DNA from: Penicillus capitatus | Lineage: Eukaryota; Plantae; Chlorophyta | Reading direction: 5' to 3' | DNA: 64,000 nucleotides | Assembly (NCBI GenBank): GCA_965649825.1 | Contig: OZ287696.1 | Span: 2,233,724-2,297,723, forward strand | Shown here: one piece after another, positions 52,626 to 64,000 of the stretch | Position numbering within the stretch: position 1 is the first letter of the stretch | How the letters are laid out: every line of letters starts with the position of its first letter | Made by a program: the position numbers and the translations under genes | The notes under the pieces: generated by a model | What the model saw: only the letters and a program-made list of their open reading frames with translations | Told to the model about the DNA's origin: nothing | The model's database searches: none

Positions 52626-52747
52626 GACAGCCGCCTATTGAGTGGACCTCGCATGTGAATCGTATCGTGCGAAAATCGGATCAGCAAAAAGCAAACGCAG
52701 AAGTGTAATTGGAAACGGTCGGATGAAGCATCTTTGCAAATAGCACG

Positions 52748-54077
52748 TTATTTCTCTTCTCTCGTTCGATGGCGAAGCCCAGCTCTTGCTAAAGACACAT
52801 CAGACAGTGAGAAGATCCGTTTGCCGTGATAAAACGCTGTGCCATCACATTTTGCGGAAGCGGATGGTGATCCAGCCATCGGATGAGATCCTCTTCCAGA
52901 AACGGATTCTGCTCGAGGCGGTGTTTTGCTTGACGCCGCCCTCTTCGTTTCTTCCCCTGCCAGCCAACCAGCAGACTTGTACAAAATCAATGCAACGACC
53001 ACAGAAGCAAAAACAAGCATCATCCCACTCATCATCCACAGAAACGATATCGAATCCGAGGGACGCAGGAGATAGAGCCATTGATCCAGCAGACCTTCCA
53101 ACACACAGCGATACATCACAGGGAGGAGGGGTCTGTACGGAATACCTAGGTGTTTCGTCAAAGAGATGGCGGCGGCATAGATCTTTGGAAGATGTCCAGT
53201 GTATCTGGGAGTCAGCGTCATCTCAATGCTTTCCAGTGGCGCCGTCTCGTCTTCTCTGTAATGCTCAATGAGGACAATCTCAACCATCACGCGATTCTGG
53301 AAACGCATCAGCAGTCGTGCTGGAAACTTCCACAGCCTGATATCACAAACTGCCCTCATTGCTCAAGATCATGCATGACATTCCATTTTTATCACTTAGA
53401 CAAAAAATGCGAGTAATCGTGTACAGGTTGTCCGGTGACAGCGACGAAAGATTCGTGAAGTTTGGCTCCCCCTTCCGATCGTAGCACCGTTTGCGCATGA
53501 AAGACTTCAGGATCTTTATCTTCCTTTTCGAGCGTCAGTTGCAGAATGATGTCTACCTGTAGACACAGGAAATTGATTTGGTGTCGTGCAAAAGGAGAGG
53601 TACGTCATCTCCTGAATGGAAATAGCGCCGAGGACGATCTTCCTGTTGGATGCTTGGCAAAGATGTGATGTCTGACAGTCTGAGATGCATGGTCGCATGC
53701 TCTGTTCGAGTATCGAATGTGACGGGAGTTTTCACAGACGTCCATGACGGACTCCATCTCCTGTTTCAGCATTTGACGTCACGTCAGGGCGAGGATTGGA
53801 TATACCGAACACCCGTAACGGATGTCAGAATAAGAACACCCCAAGTGGCAGAAAAGAGACAAGGAATCAATGCAGTATAGGCACAGCAGACGGCACAGTT
53901 CTGCAAAAGACGACGGAACATTGGCTCGTTTTTAGTTGCGTGAATAAGCGGGATAAACCAGAGATCTTTTTGCTGATCAGGTTCATTCAAGTCGTGTACC
54001 GATAGCTTGACGTCGATGACGAAACGGTTTTTTGATGGAACGACGTCATGTCTTATCATTACGGCATAGACGACCAT
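52748..54077 (-). CDS. SEIPIN: Seipin-like lipid-droplet biogenesis protein
   Basis: Two TM segments flanking a beta-rich lumenal part; EHYREDETAPLESIEMTLTPR...LPKIYAAAISL resembles the seipin core. Exon joins are partly uncertain. Confidence 0.55.
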
Positions 54078-54455
54078 TCGTGGCCAAGGAGTTTGGACTG
54101 AATGGCACATTTATCTCTCTTGTGCAAGGATTTCCCAAGCAGTCAGCCCTGCATCCGACGCCCAGTCGCGTTCGTTGGAACGTGGTGCATTTCTGCCGTA
54201 GGTGTCACATCAGATGCGTCGCAGTGATCCAGACAGCCCTGCGAAATCGAGGCGGAAGTCCGCCGCGGCGCCACAAATGTACCACCGTGGAGCGTGTTTC
54301 GCTGCAATGTCGGCGACGCAGGATCGAAGACCGGTATCGCTCATCCTTGGTCCATGACTGTCCCTCGTAGCCCTCGAGCAGAGACGTAGGTCGCCAGCAG
54401 GGTGCCGAGACAGAGGGTCGTCAGTCGGGGACCAACGTGTCACTCGTGTCAATGG

Positions 54456-54581
54456 ACAGCTGTCCACTTTCGTGCAGCTGACCGCGGAGACGCGTCGATG
54501 TGACGCGTGTGTACGTTCTACGCGTATAAATCCGAACATTAAACGACACAACAGTCTTTGTAACCTGTAAACCTTCGTCGT
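54456..54581 (+). repeat. Dispersed ~125-bp repeat, copy 2, promoter-like module
   Basis: Homologous to the reverse complement of 275-392. Contains palindrome ggacagctgtcc, two CAGCTG, three ACGCGT and TATAAAT. Confidence 0.8.
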
Positions 54582-57500
54582 TACTTTGTCGTTAACCGCG
54601 TGGTTCATCGACAGCGTGACAACTCGTCGCTTCCGTCGTTGACGCGCCGCCCACCTCACTACACGGACACGGCCTCGCTGGCGACGGGACCGCATTCGCA
54701 ATTTTTGAAGGCGTTTTACGCCACCCCCGAACTCGGCTGAAAGCACGCGGAAGTTTCGGAGTTGGGCCCTCCGATCTGTCTCATGTCGCGTAATCCCAGC
54801 GCTTGGGCCAGCGTCGCAAACGATGAGGCTGCACCGAGCGAGACGCGACCGCTGCCTGTCGGCCAAGTTGCTCTCACGGCGACTCCCCGACGTCTCCCTC
54901 GTCTTCCTGCCATTCGTCCGTGACGACTTTCTTGACGACTCTTTGCGAGTCTGACGGACCGAGGCATGCTGTTCTTTGACGTTTCTTGACAAGACGACGT
55001 TTTCTTGCCCATTCATTGCAGGTTTTGTGGCAAGTGCACGTGGTAGACTGGTGTTATTCAACCGTTTTCCCTTAATTGCCTCACTCACTCTCAGCGTGTC
55101 GTGGTACTGTGTAAATACTTAACTATCACACAGCACATGTCTCTGACGAACTTCGACACCCTTCATTCTTAGTTGACACAGTCTTTCTTCCTGATGGGAC
55201 GTGGTGCAGATTCTTTCCGACCGCATTTTTTGGCCGACTTCAGCTTACTCCGTTACCTTCTGGTTCGCGGGCAGTCCGTAGCGGAAAGCGGTTCTCTGAC
55301 GTCGAAGAAGGCGGCCGACGGTCAGAGTGAAGGCTTGCAGGAATGTTTGTGCGTGCGGGTGGAGATGGCTGACGACGAAACTGTATCGAGGCGAGAAAGG
55401 CAACATTTAACTAAAGTCGTCAAACGAAATCGGTTAAGAGAGATTCCCGCGGGGCTAGGAGAGGTCCTTACTCCTGGCGTCGGAGAAAAAATACAGCAAT
55501 CGTCTACGCACGGAGGCAGTCGGAAGTTATTCTCGTCCAGACCCGTCCTTATGTCGGTCTGGTTAGAAGAGTGTTTTCCGGCGGTTTTTACAAAATCGGC
55601 TGCCCGAACTTCTTGGATGTTTTTTTTTCCATTTCCCCTGACGGGGCGTGGCACATGTTCATTCAAACGCCATGTAAATGAGGAATTATATATATTCTCA
55701 GTTGACACAGACGTGGTCGTCGCTTGTAAGATCTTTCATCTTTGAATTCCTAAATCCTTTACCCACAAGTATCCCTGCTTCTATATTCATGGATCCCTAT
55801 CTGTCCACTGGTCGGTGTGAAACTTGGAGGCCGCTATAGTACTTAGAACATCGCTCTGTTTGTATCGACAAACCCCGTCTTTTTTATAACTCTTTCATTT
55901 CAAGAACATAGTCTCTCGCGCCGGCCGATGCAAAAGTGAGTTATGTCTCGAAACTTAAAGTCAGTCTGTAACACAACATACTTCTCTTCCCATTTTGAAG
56001 GTTCGGAGACGAAAATCGAATCTCTATTCCGATTTATATCTAGACCATCATCATTTTGGCCCATGTGGCACATTTAGATACTCCTCGCCTGTGATACTCA
56101 GCGACCTTTCCGATGCTCTTGTTCGACCTCCGACAGTTTCGCTCTTCTATGAAGCAATGGCAGTTGAACCGCTGCTGCTTGCGAGGCTGCAATCCAAGAT
56201 TGCTTCCCCGATGGCATCTGACGTGCAACGAATCCTTCGTTGAGCACCGATCGCATTCTGCTTGCTCGTTTCGTACAATGGACAAGGTACATACTGCAAA
56301 GCATTTCAGGCTGCCGTTGGACAACACGAAGGGTCCAAATGGCAGTCCAAGGCTCCAGCATGTTCTCATAGTTGTCCGACGAAACGATCAATCCTTGAGT
56401 CGACGGTAAGTATCAGACGGATTCAATTTAAACATATCCGCGGCACCAATTTTAGAACCATCCGTTTTCTTTATTCATCTCGATATACAGAGAGCATTTA
56501 GCATGCGTCGACGACACCAGATATTTGTTCAGGTACTGATGATGAATACGGGTGTGTCCAGCTAATAAACTGCCACTCCGCTTCACTCGGAGCCTCTACG
56601 CGGAAACTACATACAGATAAACAGACACGTCTCATTTAACCAATGCATGGACATTTAAATCGTGCATCCGCCGGGCGAACGCACGTAACGCATTTTCTCC
56701 TCCGTTTATTCGCTGCCTGTCTGTGCTTCTGACGTGTCGTAGTTCTCGACCATCCACATTTTTCTCCACACAATGCCTCGTTGCGAAACACGTTGCAGAT
56801 GCGCCATCGGTCTTTGCGGTCTGGACTGCCCATGCCAATTACATTGTCTGTGCAAAACTGGTTCTCCTACGGAAATCTACAACGGCCCGTGCGGCTGTGG
56901 CCACTGCGACAAATCGTGCGCTGCTTGTAACAGAACGTCCGAGGAATTTCGTCGCAAAACCATGCTTGGACGTGTCAGAGGAGGAATTGTCCTTGCCTCA
57001 ATATTCGCAGGCACCACCTTCGTGGTCATCCGCAGAAGAATGAACCGCGCACAAGTAACCACGACGAGCATTTTTTCAAACACAAATTCTTATTCCATAG
57101 GCTGCCTGAGTCGCTCGTCGAAAGAAATTTTCCGCAGCCGTAGATATCGCAGAGTACAAAGGAATCGATGGTGTGGTTTACTACGACCTCGATGTTTTTG
57201 TCGGTCGGCGTGGAGGGCTGAGCGAAAGCACTGCCGGCCATCGCATCTTCCGTACACGCATTTTCACCTAGGCCTTGTATGATAGAAGAGAGTTAGAAGT
57301 TTAGGCCGCTGCGGGCGCTACAGTTGTTGCTACATTATGAAATGAATTGCGTACAAACAACGTTTACCAACACCACGGCCTCGCTCGCTTAGGGAGAAAA
57401 GTTGCGGCCGGCTCGCGTCTTACCTCAACGTGGCACGAGAGGACACCGAGGCAGAGGCAGTCGCTGATGCACTCTGAGCACAGTCGAATATTCCAGATGC

Positions 57501-57683
57501 GCAGGCACGTCGGCTGATACAGGGAAAAAAGAACATGTGGCATGCAGACAGGGTGAATGCGTTGTTGGGCTTGGTAGAGTGGTTCTTCCTCGCTCGCCCG
57601 AAGATTTTTGTCTCGTGGCTACAGCGCGACGCGAACGACTCGTGAACTGCTGCTGCATGAGAAATGCGCCGAGTGGACCGTCG

Positions 57684-58617
57684 ATGTCCGCGGAAGCTGC
57701 TGAGAACCCAACATCGCATGACCCATCAGGTTGCGACGTGGAGATGCCGATTAAGTCACCTCTTTCCCGAGGTGGGCAAAATCCACCGCGCGCTGGGCGA
57801 GAAGCATAGTAGGGAATACTTACCCAGATTCTGATGGCCTGTCATCACGTCGAGTAGAATCTAAAAGTGTCGCCGCCGGATGGCTCGGCACCCTACATGC
57901 CCCTCAGCGAGATTCGGTCGAATGACAGACAGCAGGAAGCATACTGCCGGGTCCTGTCTCAGTAGAACGAGCTCTACGCAGAATGTCGCCGCATGAGAAC
58001 GCAGGTCACACAGGCTCTTGTCCTACACGAGCAGTGCTCCGTGGAGTGGGACGACCCCTCTGTGTCCTCGAAACAGGAGCTGTTTCGCCGCAGGGAGAAA
58101 GCTGCCAAGGAGCGCACCGGCAAGGCAGGTTCAGGAGGGAAGCACAGACTCCAGGATCCGCCTCCGAAGGAGGTGGAGTTTGTGAATCCGGACTTGGAGG
58201 AGTACCTCCTGGCATCGCTCGAGTCGATGCACAAGAGACTCATCCCAGACTGCAGAGTCTGATCTCCGCTGCGATGCACGTCCACGTTAAGAGCTTGTCG
58301 GATCCAGACTCCCGGCAGCGCCACGCCGTGAAGCGCCTTGCCATCGACCAGAGAAACGACATCACGAGACTGGGCATCGCTCCCAAGCGACTGGCGCGAG
58401 ACGGCAGTGGAGCGAAGAGGTACAGAGCCGTCGAAGCGACGACCGGGGTCTCGTCCTCCACGAAGGATGCTGGATGCCGTTCGTCGAGCGTCCCTTCGAA
58501 GATGAGGAGGCGTCAGGATGGGAGACGACTGCCGACCACGTCCTGCGTCGTCTGCCGAAAACGACTTTCGATCTGAGCGAAGCAGAGGCGAAGCAGACGA
58601 TGCTCTCGGACAGATGA
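57684..58617 (+). CDS. Hypothetical protein (multi-exon)
   Basis: Spliced reading MSAEAAENP...NELYAECRRMRTQVTQALVLHEQC...KHRLQDPPPKEVEFVNPDLEEYL. The 3' exon frame is uncertain. Confidence 0.5.
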
Positions 58618-58675
58618 CGACGGCCAAAATGACTTACTCACTCGATTGTTCTACGACGTCGACGGCGCCATTCTC

Positions 58676-59633
58676 ATGAAACGTGTGGCCCTTCGGCTTT
58701 CATCCGACGTGCGACGCCTGACCTCTGCGCGATCCCGAGACCTCGCCAAGCGGCGTCGACGGCCGCTCTCGTGTCCCCCGGTCTTCCCGAAGGACGGATC
58801 CCCCGAAGAGACGACTCTGCTCTCGGTGCGGCTCCGTGCCCGAGCTGGAGTTCGCCAGAGGGACTGCGGCGCGTGACGACTACGACGCCATCTGCGTTCT
58901 CGGAGGCGGCCACTCGGCCGACGGAACGCATCCGCCCTGGGTCTCGCGGCGACTCGAACTCGCCCGACGTCTCCTCGAGCGCCAGGCCGGTCCCGCCGTC
59001 CTCCTGTGCGTCGGTAAGCGATTCCCTTCGGACGTCTCCTTCGGAGGTATTTGTGCAGGGGGAGGAACACCGCACAGGCCGCCGCTGTGCGACGAGCACG
59101 GCTACGCGGTCCATGAGGCGACGCTGCTCGCGGCGGACCTGATCTCGCAGGGCGTCGATGCCCGACGACTCCTAAAGGAGTATGCCTCCTACGACACCAT
59201 CGGCAACGCCTACTTCACAATGACGTCCCACGCCATCCCTGCGAAGTGGTCTCGCGTGGCCGTCGTCACCAGCGAGTCCCACATGCCGAGGTCGAGAGCT
59301 CTCTACACCGACATCTTCAGCCTGGGGAGCGCTCACCTGCCAGATTCGTACCGTCCTGCGATCACCCGATCTCCTGCCGATCTCCTGCAACCTAGGTTCC
59401 TGCTGGAGTTCTTCGCGGCCTCGGACGAAGGCGCCCTGTCTCCTGAGGTGCTGGAAGCGCGGCGCGCGCGGGAGGCGGCGAGTCTCGCCGAGTGGAAGCA
59501 GAACTTCGCGAAGATCGAATGCCTGGCAGACTTCCACCTCTGGCTCTACGCCACCCACAGGTGCTACGCCGTGGCTCGGCAGCACGAGTTCGCATTCTCT
59601 GACATCGGCGACCTCGATCGACTGACCTATTAA
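58676..59633 (+). CDS. DUF218/YdcF-family protein
   Basis: DAICVLGGG, RRLELA, GGGTPHRPP, EYASYDTIGNAYF, VAVVTSESHMPRSRA. The start exon is uncertain. Confidence 0.88.
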
Positions 59634-59643
59634 ACAAGTTGTG

Positions 59644-61012
59644 TTAAAGGCGAAACTCTTTCGACTGGACAGGTTCGTTTCCCGATCCCCGTCGCCACGT
59701 TCCCGGCATTTGGTCCTCGTCCGTCGCGTCCATCCTCCACTGCTCGTTGAACAGGACGGTCGACAGATACCGTTCGCCGAAGCTCGGAAGAACGACGACG
59801 ATCAGCTTGTCCCGGTTCTCCGAGCGCAGCCCGACGCGCAGGGCGGCCTCGACGGCGGCGCCGGACGAGATGCCTGCCAGGATCCCCTCCTCCGTCGCCA
59901 GTCTCCGCGCCATGGCGATCGCTTCCTTGCTCGACACCTTGATCACCTCGTCGATCAGGTCCCTCCTGAGGACCTTCGGAACGAATCCCGCGCCGATGCC
60001 CTGGATCTGGTGGTAGCCTGGCCGGCCGCCGGACAGGACGGCGCTCTCGGTCGGTTCGACGGCGATGAGCTGTATCCCCGGGTTCTGTTCGCGCAGGAAC
60101 TGTCCGGCTCCGGTGATCGTCCCTCCGGTCCCGACGCCCGCCACCAGAATGTCGATGGCACCGTTCGTGTCGTGCCAGATCTCCGGCCCCGTCGTCTCGT
60201 AGTGCGCCTGAGGATTAGCCGGGTTCTCGAACTGCTGCAGCATGTAGGCTGAGGGCAGCTGCCTTCGGATCTCCTCTGCCTTCTGGATGGCCCCTCTCAT
60301 TCCCTAAGGCACCACACCCTGTCCGACCCGCCGAGCGCGGCCGGTTCACCTGCGATCCGTCCGTCAAGACAAGTCTGGCGCCGAACCCCTTCAGCAGAAC
60401 GCGCCGTTCCGTGCTCATCGTGTCCGGCATCGTCAGGACCAGATCGTACCCCAGAGTGGAGGCAACGAAGGCCAAACCCACTCCGGTGTTGCCGCTCGTC
60501 GGTTCCACCTACTCCACAGATTCTCCACCCAAAAAACGGCTGCGAGGTGGCTCGCACGAGTGTCGTGACTCCCGGCTTGATCCATCCTCTCCTCTCCGCG
60601 TCACGGACCATGCTCAGCGCGATCCGATCCTTCACACTGGCCACCGCAGCCACGACATCACTTTGCAGAATCGCGTTAGGGCTCGTGCCTCTTGCAGGGT
60701 TCCATGGTCTCGAGCTTGGCGGCGATCTGCGCGAAGCTGGTCCTTACCACGCGGTTCAAGAACACCTAGCAATCGTCGGCTGCCGGTCCGTGCGAACGGA
60801 AGTCATACCGTCGGCGTGTCCCCTATGGTGGCGCACACGTCGGCGGAAAGCTTTGCGCTGCCGTTGCGTTTGATGTCGGCCGCGAGCCCACCGTCTGCTT
60901 CGCTCTGGCCTCCGATCTCCATCCTCGGCCGCAGACGCGCGCGTCGAGTACTGTGTCCAGCTTTGTGACTCGAAACTTTCGGTGAACCTTTCCACGGAAG
61001 GACAGTCCGCAT
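59644..61012 (-). CDS. OASTL: Cysteine synthase / O-acetylserine(thiol)lyase with organellar presequence
   Basis: [73 protein letters not shown]. Confidence 0.96.
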
Positions 61013-61095
61013 GATGCAAAAAAACGACAACCCGTACAGGAGAACGAACGCACGCGTTTTGGCAAAGATGATGACGACTTCCATCACTGAGGCGT

Positions 61096-62750
61096 CTAAT
61101 TCACCTCTTTGATCAGCGTCAGAGTCTTGCCCTGGTCCCAAAACGGAAAGTCCTTCTTCTCCTGTTGCAGCTTGAACGTCTTTACCTCACTAATCGTGGC
61201 TCCTTCACGGGCTAACTCCATCTGCCTAGCCGCATTCTCCCTATAGCGCTGGCTATAGGGATGGCACTCGACGGAGAGGGCCCCCTTGCGCTCGTCGGAG
61301 TTGAGGTTTCTCACCAGATTCGACAGCTTCTTCCAAGCACGCTCCGTCCTGATCTTTGCGATAGGGTAGTACACCAGGCGATAATAACGACCCACGTCGA
61401 CGTTCTTAATGGAGAGTGGCTTGAACATTCGACAGTATCTGGAAGAGACTCGGCAGGAGTATGAAGATGGGCAAAGACTGACCTGTTCACCCGAATATGC
61501 AGTTTGCGCTCCCTGACAGTCCACCTCAGCCAGTCTCCGTCCTCTTCAATGTCTCCGCCCCCGAAGATTGCCTTCATGTGTTCCAGGAGAGATCTGTCGT
61601 CTGACAGCAGCCAGAACTTAAGCTGGATGCGGAAGTACGGGAAGGTGCCGGACTCGACTAATCGTCCAGCGAAGAGTCCATAGCTGCTGTCGATCCAACC
61701 CATGAGCCACTTGTTATTGAGTTGGGGCCTCCACTGGCACGTCTCCTTGAAAACAAATCCCTCGTCCTGCCAGACGCCCAGGTCCTTGTAGCGCTGCACC
61801 CATTCCCTGAAGGTGTCCCTGGACCGTTGGAGGAAGAGATTGCCATTGAGCAGATGGATGATACACGGTAGGTGCTTGTCGTCTTTCACGTAGAAGATCT
61901 CTTTGGTGTCGTCGGCGTGGCCGAAGTGTAGAAGGGAGCGGATCTTTCTGAAGAACTGTTTGTCTGAATGGTGCAGCGCGAAGTAGGGACGCCCGTTAGG
62001 GCCGACCTTGAATGGGAGCTGTGCCTCCGTGATGCCAATGAACCACTCAGCGAAGTGCGTATCCAGATGGTCTTTGTTGTCGGGTTGGACTTGGTGAAAG
62101 GCCTCAAGGCTGGGACGGGACAACGGCAGACTTAGCGGATCGTTGCTCCGATCTGGACGAGGTGGTCTAGGCGACCCGTGTCTCAGTTCCAAGTCCTCCA
62201 GGGACCCTACACTCTCTTTCTCGCTCTCTTCGAGCTTCACTAGCTGAGAGTCCGTGATTTCCATCTTCTCGGTTTCTTTGTCGACTCCGTCAGCTTTCCT
62301 GAGCTGGTGTACAATCGAGCGGACCATCCGATCGGACGATGGATCGCAGTGGGAGAACGGCAGAACTTTGAAATTCGCGAGCCGTTTTGTTCTCTCCGGT
62401 GTCTCCCTGTGCATCCTTCGCAGCCGCTTGGCATCTCTTTTCGTTGCCTTGTGCTTACGGACGAGGTCGACCGCGAGGACGCTCTCTTCCGGCGAGTGCG
62501 TTCTCCGATAGACTCGCTGCCGGATTTCTTCTTCATCTGCCTCGACGTCCTTTGCCTGATTCTTCACCTCCAACTTCTTCGCGTAGCCGTAAAAACGCTC
62601 GTCTGCGTCTTTGGGTCCATCGTCTGCTTGACGCGCGCGACCTCGCGCGAAGGAACGTGAAGTCGTTGCCGTCTTCGTTGCTAGTCGATCCCGCAGACCG
62701 CTGCCGACATTCCATCCCGTGAAGTCGAGGAGACGGCAACTCCTGTGCAT
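61096..62750 (-). CDS. Nuclear, intron-containing double-motif LAGLIDADG protein with a long N-terminal extension (~536 aa)
   Basis: Exons 62750-61483 and 61438-61096 (44-nt GT-AG intron). Motif 1 FAEWFIGITEAQ..F..D...I...LHFGH; motif 2 WLMGWIDSSYG..F; spliced C-terminal RYCRMFKPLSIKNVD. Confidence 0.85.
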
Positions 62751-62976
62751 CAGTTCGGACTCTCCTTCAATGCGGCGTCACGTCGAGAGACTCGTGCACT
62801 CAACTATCCGACGCTGTAACATCAACGGGTCATCGCAGTCACGCGCGGATGCCGTTTTCGAATGCAGAGTCACTTCTCCCTGCGTTTGTGTTGATGTTCC
62901 GAAAAAACATGTCTGAGCTTCTTTAAAAGCGAATCTGCGCAAAATCCTCGACTAGTAATAGGTTAAAAACGTCTTC

Positions 62977-63324
62977 TTATCGAGAAACATCAAACAACAA
63001 TTTGTCTCGGTCGTCGGATTCGCGAAGAGTCGTCAAGAACACGTCACAGTCGCACATCGCTTGCTTCCAAACTTCCCAAAGGAGCAAAATCTTCAGTTCG
63101 TCGGGATCTGCTTCTACCGCCCTCCTGACATCAATTAGTGTTCGCCCCTCCGTTAAGAAGTATCCATTCAGCTCTCTGAAGTCCTGCACAACCCGGATCT
63201 TTTTCTTCCTAAGATTCAGGAATGGCATCAAAGGACTCAGAAACATCCGCATACCTGGAGAAACCCTTTCGATGTACCCGAGTTCTCCATAGCGGCGGAG
63301 TTGTTTTCTGAGATCTTTACTCTT
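62977..63324 (-). mobile_element. Degenerate Ty3/gypsy RT remnant
   Basis: Extending the ORF upstream gives LRKQLRRYGELGYIERVSP...SPLMP...KKKIRVVQDFRELNGY (RT N-terminal motifs). The AT-rich, stop-riddled sequence up to 64000 is probably the decayed rest of the element. Confidence 0.8.
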
Positions 63325-64000
63325 TTACTCTTTTCCATGTGTCTATTTGTAGGTACACTCTTGTTAACCACCCATCAGGGGATACTGTGTTCTTGGCGGC
63401 TCGTTAGTTTTGACTATACATGTCTCCATCAAATGTAAAAACTTGTGCACGGTTAGGTCGAATCCCCTGGAAAAAGTTCAAGTGAATATTGCTTCAGCGC
63501 TGCTTCACTTCCACCAACAACTATCTTTTTTCACCTTGCAGAACCTCGCCGCAACATTTGATTGCCTCGTTTGGCATCTTCTTGACAATTACATTCTTCA
63601 ATCCAAAGATTCTGATGAGAATCTGATTAAGGGGGGTTGTCTTACTGGCATTATAAACTTAGGACTTCAACTCCCCATTCTATACCATAAGTGAGGTCGA
63701 CAACAAATTCTTCATGCGAGGTGTTAAGACTATTGTGCATCCACCTTTCAGATCGATCTTTCACGGAATTGAGTGTTTTCCATTCTTAAGGTTTTCGAGA
63801 AAGCTTCTTACTAAAAAGTAAGCCTACAGTGTTTCCTGATTTTTTAATAAAAACGAACGATCATTGGGACCCTCCATTTCTGAGATATGATGATTTCCCT
63901 CTTGTTAACTCGCCGGTGAATTTGGGTGTTGCTAGCTAACTCAGTTTCTCGAAGACATTTCAAAACCTCTCCCTCGTTTTTTCCATGTCCTTCCCAATGT

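Noticed and set aside
13431-63694. Many long antisense or alternative-frame ORFs in the supplied track (e.g. 13431-14273, 31312-31950, 59641-60252, 63410-63694)
   Set aside because: Most are shadows of real genes or TE sequence on the other strand or frame; none shows independent protein motifs beyond the exons already assigned.

Overview
Eukaryotic nuclear DNA from a compact-genome chlorophyte green alga. The evidence is plant/algal-type genes (VTC2, TGD3, fibrillin, MEI2-like, OAS-TL), very short spliceosomal introns (~44-58 nt), TGTAA poly(A) signals and the standard genetic code. A gene-dense, ~50% GC core (6.4-54.1 kb, ~26 tightly packed housekeeping genes) is flanked by transposon-derived DNA. 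On the left is a Ty3/gypsy-type pol with two in-frame stops, followed by its own TATA promoter and an intact ORF encoding a retropepsin-like pseudo-protease. On the right are TE debris, a GC-rich four-gene island (57.7-62.8 kb) and an RT remnant. Best leads: (1) a nuclear, spliced, double-motif LAGLIDADG homing-endonuclease-derived gene with an organelle-targeting-like N-terminus; (2) a spliced, ACG-initiated uORF ahead of VTC2 matching the land-plant ascorbate-feedback uORF; (3) many GC-AG introns and one apparent GA-AG intron; (4) the pol-then-protease retroelement layout. All gene models and family calls were made by eye from translated motifs; no database search was run.
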